Positions 1 through 9,933 of a stretch of 34,324 nucleotides of DNA are shown here, piece by piece. Each line of letters starts with the position of its first letter. The first letter of the stretch is position 1. The notes below the pieces were generated by a model that saw only the letters and a program-made list of their open reading frames with translations, had not been told where the DNA came from and ran no database searches. The stretch is taken from assembly GCA_001724245.1 (NCBI GenBank), contig MEDX01000040.1:1-34324 (forward strand), written 5' to 3'. Source of the DNA: Fonticula-like sp. SCN 57-25. Lineage: Eukaryota. Position numbers and translations under genes: made by a program.

Positions 1-1
1 T

Positions 2-3000
2 GGGGCTGCCGAAGAGCCCAGCACGAAACAAGCGCTTGCCGACCTTCGCGATATTGGCCTCGATCTCCTTCGGAAACGGATCGAGTCAATGAGCCAGCTA
101 CAAAACGGCCCGCTTGAGCGCGACATCTTTTTGAATTGTCTTCACAAGGTGTCGCTCCACTACCCCGAGCTCGTTGATGCGTATATCAAGCAGATCATCT
201 TTTACATGCCGCAGTACCATGGTGACTTTAAGGTGATGTGCCTCGATGTCCTGGAAAGCCGCGCCGAGCACGTGGATCAGATCTTTGTCGTCCTAAAGTC
301 CCAGGATCTCTTGGGTCTGATTAGCCACCGCGACGAGGGAGTGCAGCTAAAGACGCTCCAGCTGATATATAGGATTCTCAAGCTGCTCTCGGTCGATGAT
401 ATCGCCTACTTTTTGCCGACGCTCGCCCACTCGTGTGCGTCGATCGGAAGCCTCCCTATTCGCCTTCTCTACTTTGACGTTATCATCTGGATCTATGACA
501 ACGCCCAGATAGAGCCGTCGTCGGCGCTCCACCAGCAGCTCTGTACCGAGCTCCTCAAGGGTCTCGCGGACGAGGCTCAGATCATTCGCGTCAAAATGAC
601 GGCGTTCTGGAACGCTGAGCGGCGGCTATCTAGCGACACTGGCACGCGTGTAGTGTCGCTCATGAACGTTGCCTACACGTCCGAGGTGGAGGACATTTTC
701 CTCAACTATGCGTCGTGGCTGCTTTTGGAGGCGACGAAGAAGAGGTGCGTTCTTTGATCATGCGTGTCAAACTAATGTAGATTAGCCCTGATTACTCTGA
801 GCCCGTGTTCCGAAACCTGCCGCGCCAGACGGGCGCGTACCAGCGGATTGATGTGACCTGGCAGCGTCCGGCAGCGATGACCCCGATGTTTGTCCCTGCG
901 TCGCAGCAGGTCCACAACGAGGAAGATGTGCGAGCATTTCTCGTGTTGCTTTTCGCTCACGCGTCTTTTTATAGCTCGTCCGTATGACGCAAGATGACGC
1001 AAACGAGTTTTCCATGACGCAGAGCGCCGCGCCAGACGCCGACATGTATTCGCTCTCGCAGTTCACGGCGTCAACGCAGCGCGGTTCGACGCTCCTCTTT
1101 GAGGTCGGGTCGTCGGGAGCCGCCTCAACGCAGGACGCGACCCAGCGGATTGGCGGCTGGAGCGGAGCCGACTCAAAGTACACACGACTTCAGCGCCGAT
1201 TCACCAAGCAATCGTCCGAATCCGTTTCGTTGATGCAGATCAGGCGCGCGGAGCAGCAGAGGAAGCGCACCGACGCAGCGAACCGCCTCCGAAAGCAGGA
1301 GCGCGAGAACCGAATTACCATGTATCGGCAGTATCGAGCGGGTGAGCAGCCTGATCTAGGCATCAAGTTTGAAGAGGTGCGGTGGCGAATATTGTTTTTG
1401 GCAGCGTCTCATTTTGTATAGATCTTGCGCCCGCTCCAAGCGCTTGCGCACATTGACGTTGAGATTGCGCGCCTTTTGTTTGCGTCGCTTGTGAGCGCAG
1501 TGTACGAGCAGATGGACGGCCGCCACCACACGATGAGCGAAGATGAGCAGCGCGACCTCCAGACCTCGATTACCAGCAACATTCAAAGAGTACGCACCGC
1601 CCTTTATTTACTCGCAATTGACCCATTTCTCTAGCTCATGCAAAAATCCACCCGCCAATTCCCGCCGTTCCTGGGATCCCTCTTGGCCATCACGCACCGG
1701 TGCGGCCTTCCGATCCCCGCCAAGATTAGCGGGCGCGTCAGCGTAGAGTCGTCAAACTATCTGATTGGCATTGTGCTGTTGGAGCAGCAGATTTCGGACC
1801 GCTCGGCTGCGCCGCCGCCCGCGACGGCCTCCAACAAACGCGCTCGCGGCATGTCGGCAGCGCGGTCGGCGCCTGCGTTGGCCGAGTGGACCGAGCTTGC
1901 AGCGCTCTACATGGCGATTGGCGAGCAGGATCTCTTCCAAGAAGTGACGGAAAAGCATATCTCGCGCCATCCAGCCACCTCCGAGGGCATTTCGGCCGAG
2001 CTCCAGAGCGACTTTAAGCGCGCCTACGAAGTTTACTCGCTCGCCATCCAGAACGCCGCAGATGCCGAGGAGCGCGACCTGGATGTCTGGGAGGAGCGGG
2101 CGGTCCAGTGCGCCGAAAAGCTCATGTGGTGGGAGGAGGTGAGCCGCTTCACGCACATGATGATTGGCACCGATCCTCTTTCCGTGCTGTGGGAGCCCAG
2201 CATGGCCGATGCCCTGCGCTACTTTGTTCTTTCCTATTCCCGGCTGTGGCGGGGGTACGAGAAGGCGCAGGCTGGTGGGGCTACGGCTTTCAAGGAATGG
2301 ACGGCTGAAGATCCGAACCCGCTGGTCAAGTTTGTTCAGGATGCCGGTCATATCGCCAAGAGGTGCGTCTTTTTTTTGTATTTTTTTGCTAACACGATTA
2401 CATAGATCGTCCTATCTGGATTCTCAGTTTGATCTGGAAATGATTACCTTCCGCGTGCAGCAATCAGACTATGGCCGCGCGCGCCACCTCGTGCAGACTG
2501 GCTTCGACACCTTTTTGTCCAACTGGACAGGAATTCACCCGCTGCTCTCGTCGGCGCGGTGGGGTCTGCTGGAAAAGCTGCAGCCGTACGTTGAGGCTGA
2601 GGAGCTCCTTTCTCTAGCCTACGACCCGACGCGCTCGTTCTCTGTTGCCGAGTTTGATCGCATGCTGGCATCTTGGAAGGGGCGCCGCCCGGCGAGACAG
2701 GACAATGTCAGCAATAGCTGGGACCGCATGGTTCAATCGCGCACTCTCTATCTAGAGCGCCTGATGTCGGTTGTTTCCTCCAATGATGCTCTCCGCGACA
2801 TGCACTCGATCGACGTGGATCAAATGCGCACGCGGATCCAGTCGGAGCTTCGCGGGTATTTGCAATCACTCGCGAGTGCCGCCATTTCCCAAGGAAACTC
2901 GTATGTTGCCGACAAGACCCTTGGGTTGGCTCTTCAGATTCCCTCCAGCCCTCAGCATGACTTGGAATCCCGCGAGCTCCAGCTGCAGTGCACACTCGTG

Positions 3001-6000
3001 GAGGCCCGCACCAGCCTTTTGGCGTCGGAGCAGAAGCAGCGCCAGAGCGGGTTCAACATTTTGCTCGACCGGATCGGCCGCGCCGAGTCATCCGATGTGC
3101 GTCTTGCTTTTTTGCTCTTTTGGTTATTAATGCTTGTGTTCCTCAGCATCCCCGCCTACTTCAGTTGCAGTCCGAGGTCCTAGAGGTGACCGCAGAGGCG
3201 TTGTTCGAGCCCGGCAGCTTGACGCGCGACCTCTCCAACCTGGCGTTGACGCACCGCGGGTTTGTCAAGGCGGTTGGAGTTGGGAGCGCGTCTGACCTCG
3301 GCGCGCGCATCGCCGGCATGGGCAGTTCGCTTCTCGAGCGCGCAGTACACATTTGCGAGCAGCGGCAAGCGAGCGCGCGTGATGCGGCTGCGCTTCGTCT
3401 GCAGTTAGGCCAATTCTGCGATCGGATGCTGCGCCTGAACGAAGGCAGCGAGCAGTCTCGCGTGATGGGATCGCTTGACGCATTCCCTGGCGTCGTCATG
3501 GAACAGGTCTTGCGCGCACTTATGCTGGACCCGTCGCGAGATGGTACGATATTGCGTGATTGATTTATGTTTTAACTTTTTGTTAGCACTCGATATGATT
3601 CCACGCCTGCTCACGCTTCTGGACGTGTACCCCGCGACCTCGGATGCATTTGCGAGCCACGCTGCGTCGGTGCCTCTCTGGGTGTTCCTCAAGTGGGTCC
3701 CCCAGATGACGGCGTTGATTGGGCAGCCCGAGGGCCGCGTGGTTCTGCCGCTGCTCGACGTTCTTGCCGTTGCATACCCGGAGGCGCTTCGCTACCCATT
3801 CAATATCAGTTGCGAGCAAATTGAGCTACAATTGGAGCAGCTGCCTCCCCTTGCAGAGGCGATTCGCCAAAAGGTGCGCTCGTGTTTGCAATATTGTCTT
3901 TCTTATACTTTCCCATAGTTGTTCTCAAGCGTTCATCGAGACCTGGTTACGGGGCTGCTCGAGCTGACGAACCCTGAGCACATCTTGTCTGACTTTATGG
4001 CATTTGCTTCAAGCATGGTCGGGCGTCGGGCCGCGGCTACATCTTCTGCCAAGAAGAAGCTCGCTGAAAAGATTCTGGATCGCGAGCTAGCGCAAATGTA
4101 CCAGATCTTGGCGCTGGATGTCCCGGCGCGTCGTACCGGCAGCTCTCACGCCTCGATCCGTATGCGCTCATTTTGGCGCGAAATAGTTTGCTAACATGTG
4201 GCCATAGACGAAAAGTTTGCGGAACAACACGGGGACGCGGTGAGGGCACTTTTCCCAGGTACGATGAGGAATATTTGTATGTGTATGCTAAGATATTCGT
4301 CAGCGGGCCATTATGAGGTGTGGGCGGGGTCGTCTACAAAGGACCGCGAGGCGCAGAACCAAGTGCGCGATCGTGTGAAGAACTTTACGAAATCGGCCAA
4401 GCTGCCTCCCGTGCTCGCGTCGTACTCGCCGCGCCGGCTGCCCAGTCTCAAGATGAGCCGGCAACGCGTTGAAGTGCCGGGCCAGTACGAGTCGTGTGCT
4501 CGCGTGCCGCGCCCATTGGACCACGCGCGCATCGCTGACTTTGACGAGTCGCTGCTGCTCCTGTCTTCGCTGCGCCAACCAAAGCGGCTGACCATCCGCG
4601 GAACCGACGAGCACGACGTCCAGTTCCTCGTGAAGGGCGGGGAAGATCTGCGTCAAGATCAGCGCATCCAGCAGCTCTTCTCTGTCATGAACGAGCTTGT
4701 GCAAGCCACTGGCCGACCAGGCCAGAACTCGTCGATCCGCCTCCGGACGTACAGGGTGGTCCCCCTGAGCATGTCCGTCGGCGTCCTGGAGTGGGTGTCC
4801 AACACGGTCCCCCTCAAGGCGTTCATTCAGGCCGAGCTGGTCTCGCGCTTTGGCTCCAACACACCTGACTCTGCGGCGAATGCTGCCTACAAGCACTTTA
4901 TCGAAAAGGAAAAGGGGTTCATCCAGGTATACAAGGCGTCTCGCTCCACCGCAGTTGCCGCCGCCGAGCACATTGTCAGCCAGCTCCCGTGGGACACTCT
5001 CCGAAGCGCTGTGCTCAAGCTGGCCGCCACCCCCGAGGCATCGCTGACCATCCGCGCGCTCTTTGTCCGCAGCCTCGCCGGCATCAACATTGGCGGGTAC
5101 CTGCTGGGTATCGGCGACCGGCACGCAGAAAACTTTTTGGTCGACAAGCGGCGGTACGTCTCGTATATATATTTCGTTGGTCTGACTAGTTTTTAGCGGC
5201 GAGCTCGTGTCCATTGACTTTGGGCACGCCTTTGGATCGGCCACGCAGATCTTGCAGTTCCCCGAGCTCATCCCATTCAGGCTGACACGGTACGCTGCAT
5301 TTCCCCTGCGCTGCCGCCCTCACCCTCGCTCGTAGTCAAATGATCAATGTGTCGGCGCCTCATGGAGCAGGTGGCCTTCTGGAGCATAGCATGGTCAGGA
5401 TGCTCGATGGTGCGTTGGATGTTTGCCTCAGCAGAGTCTCACGGTATTTTTCTAGGTTTACAAGCGAGCAAGGACGTCCTGCTTAACGCCATGGGCGTGT
5501 TCCTCAAGGAGCCGCTGCTCGACTGGGAGCGCTTTGCGCATCGGACAAACACGCAGGCCGAGAGGGCGTCCAAGATCGCGCGGGGAGAGACGACAGCCGC
5601 CACCCTGCACCGCTACGCCGCCGTCCGCCTCGACATCGCGCGGCGAAAGCTCAACAGGGGAAACCCGACTGATATCCGCTCAATACACGTTTTGTTTTGT
5701 GTGTCTGTGGATGTGCGTGCTTGCTGAATGTATTATTGGCTGTGCGGCGTGGTGCTTGTTTGTCTTTATTCGAGCTACTTTGTGTTGTTTTCCTTAACCG
5801 CATCGTACTGCTGCTAGGCGAGGAGCTCGACCGCAACAACAACCCGGACGTCCGGAAGGAGATTTCTGCCATTCGTGCCGCGCTGAACGGCGACAAGGAG
5901 CACAACGTCCGTGCCAATGTGGGTGCGGTGTGCGCAACGACTCGAGAGCAGGTACGCTGCCTGATCGACCTCGCGAGCGACCTCAACGTCCAAGCGCGCT

Positions 6001-6029
6001 GCTGGATTGGCCTCGCGCCGTGGCTCTAG
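2..6029 (+). CDS. PRKDC: DNA-dependent protein kinase catalytic subunit, 5'-truncated by the window edge (M-HEAT end, FAT, PIKK kinase, FATC); about 14 introns in the window
   Basis: Kinase motifs [36 protein letters not shown] and [39 protein letters not shown] end [26 protein letters not shown] resembles the DNA-PKcs end ([23 protein letters not shown]). [12 protein letters not shown] and PMFV..SQ motifs are present. Frame is open from position 2, and ORF breaks coincide with GT..AG introns (e.g. donors near 746, 1377, 2363, 3544, 5154). Confidence 0.95.
5672..5808 (+). other. U12-type (minor spliceosome) AT-AC intron in PRKDC
   Basis: Starts ATATCCGC, has TTTCCTTAAC at 5789-5798, and ends ...GTAC at 5808. 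Removal joins the two frames to give NPTVLLGEEL, colinear with DNA-PKcs NPAVITCDEL. Confidence 0.85.
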
Positions 6030-6180
6030 CTTTGCCATGCATTTTTATTAGTTATATTCTTGTACCTTTACTATTCGAATACTCAATGCATTCTATCAAT
6101 TTCAACCAATTGATATGCACGGCTCTTCAACACTTGCTAAAAGTCTATTCCCATTCTTCCATTCAGAGGAAGCGCGGGAA

Positions 6181-6261
6181 TCACACGTGATCGTGACGTC
6201 ACACGTCGGTGGCGGCGCAGCTTCGGCCTCGGACAAGCAGGCGGTAAAGTGCTCGCACGTG
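6181..6261. promoter_or_regulatory. Cluster of CACGTG (E/G-box) and GTGACGTCAC (CRE-like palindrome) motifs upstream of the Alba gene
   Basis: CACGTG at 6184 and 6256, GTGACGTCAC at 6193-6202. The same CACGTG hexamer recurs close to several other start codons. Confidence 0.5.
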
Positions 6262-6813
6262 ATGGAAAAGTACGAGCGGTCGATACAGGGCGTGGAGGAA
6301 GAATTGACCGAGGGTGAGACTCCTCTTGCGGAGGTCCGGGTGAGCCCGCATGGCCAGATCAAAGAGTACGTTTCTGCGGCCATGCGGCTGTTGGAGGCGA
6401 CGTCGGGGAGCATTACCGTCGTTGGGCGGGGTAAGGCGATCTCTCGCGCCGTTACGGTCGTCGAGATTGTCAAGCGGCGAGTACCGGGCCTTCATCAGCA
6501 TACATCGATTGGTAGCGTTACGGTAACCGACGTCTGGTCATCGAAATCCCCTCAGGAGCCGCTCGACAAGGTGCAGGTGGTGCGGTCGACCCCGACCATT
6601 ACAGTCACTCTATCGCTTTCTCCGCTGGACGAATCGCTACCGGGCTATCAGCCTCCGCAGCGCGTTGCGGCTCAGACGCCCGAGACTGGGGCTTCCAGCT
6701 CGGTATCTTCGCCGCCGCCTTCGAATCAGCCATCATCGCGACAGGGTAGGAAGGGTTCGGGGCCCCGGTCTCACCCTTCGAAACAGCGTCGCACGCAACC
6801 GGAATCACTGTAA
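6262..6813 (+). CDS. Alba-domain protein (Rpp25/Alba-like nucleic acid-binding protein), intronless
   Basis: EVRV...IKEYVSAA.RLL...ITVVGRGKAISRAVTVVEIVKRRVPGLHQ.T.I and ITVTLS..PLD...PGYQPP are typical of the Rpp25/Alba family. Start taken at MEKYER (6262) rather than the upstream ATG. Confidence 0.85.
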   Translation: MEKYERSIQGVEEELTEGETPLAEVRVSPHGQIKEYVSAAMRLLEATSGSITVVGRGKAISRAVTVVEIVKRRVPGLHQHTSIGSVTVTDVWSSKSPQEPLDKVQVVRSTPTITVTLSLSPLDESLPGYQPPQRVAAQTPETGASSSVSSPPPSNQPSSRQGRKGSGPRSHPSKQRRTQPESL

Positions 6814-6933
6814 TTAGCTTTCTTTATTCAGTACTGTAAAGCATATTTTGTACAATAACAGCAGCCTTGCTATTACTTCTCTACTCGCGCAGCAGCATCG
6901 GTTGTTCGACCCTGTCCACGTGACGCCGCCGTG

Positions 6934-7559
6934 ATGGTCGATGTTGATGCCTCTACCGAGGCCGTCCTGGCAATCTTGAGAGTCGCCCAGGAGCGTGAGT
7001 ACATTGGCGAGCCAGTGTCGCAGCAGGAAGTACGGCCAGTCTGCTTGGTGTGCCGAATGCTTACAGGATTGACTTGCAGCATGCCCTTCAGGCCGCGCAT
7101 ATGGCCCAAATCCAGGGGTTCGACGCTGAAACGGTGCTGGCGGCGCTCTTTCACGACATTGGGCATCTGTGCGCATTGCCGGGGGCTGAAATGATGGGAA
7201 ACGTCGGAGTCAAGGGTCATGAGATGATTGGCGGGGCGTTTTTGCGCAAGCACGGTTTCTCAAACAAGGTGGCCGAGCTGGTCGAGGCGCATGTGATGGT
7301 GAAGCGCTACCTGACATTCAAGTACCCCGAATACCTGGCCAAGCTGTCGAGCGCGAGCCTCACGTCGCTAAAGTACCAGGGAGGACCGCTTTGCGAAGCC
7401 GAAGCCACTGCTTTCGAGGCAGATCCGCTTTTCAGTCTCAAGTGCAAGTTGAGGGAGTGGGACGAGGCAGCCAAGGTGGTCGACTGGGAGGTGCCATCGC
7501 TAGAGTCGTACCGCCCGCTCATAGTCGAGCATTTGAGCAAGCAACAGTGTGTTGTGTAA
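6934..7559 (+). CDS. PhnZ/TmpB-like HD-domain di-iron oxygenase (phosphonate-degradation-associated HD protein); one intron 7030-7079
   Basis: Spliced product reads YIGEPVSQQE|HALQAA..AALFHDIGH..GHEMIGG..VEAHVMVKRYL..LSSASLTSLKYQGG..LREWDEAAK, the characteristic PhnZ-family motif series. Confidence 0.85.
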
Positions 7560-7634
7560 TTTGCGTGCATCAATTGGACTTAAGTGATATTGGTGTTGTC
7601 TTTGTAATTTGATTTATTAATACAATTTGGCCGT

Positions 7635-8454
7635 TTACTCTTCATTGTCCTCGGCCTCCTCCTCCCCCTCCTCTTCCTCCTCCTGCGCCTCCTCTTCGGC
7701 CTCATCCTCGGCCTGCTCCTCGGCGTCCTCTTCGCCGTCAGAGTTGTCGGCCGGAGCCGATTCCTCGTCCTTTGTAGTCTCCGCCGACCCCTTGGCGGCA
7801 AACATGTCGCGCAGAGTCCGCTGCTTCTTGGACGCAGGCGACATCACTTGCTTGCTAGAGTCATTCTCAGTCTCCTTTTCTTCGTCGTCGCCACCGGCGG
7901 ATGCCGCTGACTTGGCCTTGGCGGCGTCGCGCGCGAGCGCCTTGCGCAGCTGAACACGCTCGGGAATAATATCTACGCAGACTGAGCCAAATGCGCGAAA
8001 TGAGCAAGATCGTACCCGAAAGAAACTCAAAACGCGTCTCTGACTTGACAGCTTGAGCTAAAACGTAAATTCAAGTTAGGATTCCGCATTCCACAGGATG
8101 ACCAAAGGCGAACCCATATCGTCGTAAAAGACGGTCTTGCGCTTGGCACGACGCGTCACATCGTACGATGCCGCAGAAAACTCTTCAATAAACAATTCCT
8201 GTGCAAGGTGAGCACTAAAGCAAACAAAGCTCAACCGTGCGCACCGCCGCGCGCGTGATGGCCGTGGCGCAGTCCAAGCTGCACTGGCCAAACTCCTTGT
8301 CCACCTTGAGGAGTCGGCGGATGCGACTTACAGGAAGCTGAGTGAGGCGGTCCGAGCTCGACGGCGTGTCATGCTCGGCACCGGCGTCCGCGTCGGCGGT
8401 CAAATGCGCAGCTGCCACTGGCGATTCCGGTGCAACATCCTGTTCGTCGGCCAT
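7635..8454 (-). CDS. H2A-like histone-fold protein of the Dpb3/POLE4/CHRAC1 (NF-YC-related) family with a long acidic tail; 3 introns
   Basis: Spliced LPVSRIRRLLKVDKE..AITRAA|ELFIEEF...KRKTVFYDDM|AQAV....FEFLS|DIIP, followed by an E/D-rich C-terminus. Confidence 0.8.
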
Positions 8455-8524
8455 GGTGATGCTGGGAGGCGGCAAGGTTAAAGTTTCGCGGTTTCGCGCG
8501 CTTTCTGTAGATCACGTGCTCGTC

Positions 8525-9888
8525 ATGTCAGGTCAGGAGACGTCGGCGGTGAGGAAAGGGTACGGCGCGATACGTGCTAAAGATCGCGGCGCGGCCACGC
8601 TTTGCTCCTACAATTACGTTGTTCACATTTTTCTCTTAGTCACGAGCTAGATGTGGCGTCTCTTGAGCGGAGGCTCACCGAGCATGTGGGTTTCTTCTGG
8701 TCGCCCCTCACAAAGGTGGGGCAGTTTAACATTGGCCAATCCAACCCGACTTACTACCTGATCGACTCTGCCGGTCGGCAGTATGTCCTGCGCAAGAAGC
8801 CGGCCGGCAAGCTGCTCGCTTCGGCGCATATGATCGAGCGCGAGGTGCAAGTCATTCAGGCGCTCGCAAAGTCAGCCGTCCCGGTCCCTGCTATTTACCA
8901 CTTTTGCGAGGAAGCTAGCGTCGTCGGCACGCCATTCTATGTACGCTGGCCTTTTATAAACATGACAGATGGCTAAAGGCATGGTAGGTAATGGAGTTTG
9001 TGAAGGGCCGCATCTTTGCGGACCCGTCCCTACCCGGCCTGTCACCATCAACCCGCGCAGCATAGTACGCCCCGTAGAGATCACTTCCCCAAGCTGACTT
9101 CTCTGCTAGCTTTGAGTCTGCCATCCGCACTCTTGCGGCAATTCACACGGTCGACTATAATGCGGTTGGTCTGGGCAAGTTTGGACGTGTGGGCGACTTT
9201 TACAAGCGGCAGATCGCCCGGATGGGCTCGACGACGCGCGCCCAGGAGATCCCCGGCAAGATCGATCCGCTCCCTCACGTCGACGCCCTTCTCCAATGGT
9301 ATTCAAACAACCTCCCGGCCGACCGCTCGACGCTCGTGCACGGCGATTTCAAGTTTGACAACCTTATTTTTCACGAAAGCGAGAGCCGCGTAATCGGCGT
9401 CCTCGACTGGGAGATGGCGACGATTGGCCACCCGCTCTCGGACCTCGCCAATATGACGCTACCCTATTATGGCATGGAGGGCACGCCGCCACCGCTCGGC
9501 GGCATCTCTCACCTTGTTGGGAGCGAATACGGTGCGCCAATTGTGACCGCAACGTGCCCGTGCTAACAGGTGGTCCCAGGCATTCCGTCCCTCGCCGACG
9601 TTCATCGCCTGTACGCGTCGCTCGTCGGCATCCCGTACCCGATCGCAGATTGGCAGTTTTGCATTTCCTTTGCGTCTTTCCGCGTGCGTACTCGATTTTA
9701 GGGCTGTGCTTCTGACCTGCTAACATATTACCTCGCAGATGGCTGTGATTTTGCAGGGCGTGGCGTCGCGCGCCGCAAAGGGGCAGGCAAGCAACCCGAT
9801 GGCCGAGATGCTGGGCACGTTCGCGAGCATGCTGGCAGAGGGCGCAGCGGAGCAGGCGGGCCTCCTCCCCGGCAACAGCAAATTGTAA
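8525..9888 (+). CDS. APH/choline-kinase-family phosphotransferase, ACAD10/ACAD11 N-terminal kinase-like, with C-terminal PTS1 (SKL); 5 introns
   Basis: QFNIGQSNPTY, YVLRKKPAGKLLASAHMIEREV, VGTPFY|VMEFV.GRIF, LVHGDFKFDNLIFH, VIGVLDWEMATIGHPLSDLAN; ends GNSKL*. Confidence 0.88.
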
Positions 9889-9933
9889 CTTTTAGTAATT
9901 CCAATATTCATAATATACAAAACATAGCCATAA

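Noticed and set aside
4300-5271. Long antisense or alternate-frame ORFs (e.g. 4300-5271 minus, 14699-15391 plus, 24886-25524 plus)
   Set aside because: These are shadows of GC-rich coding sequence on the opposite strand, with no recognisable motifs.
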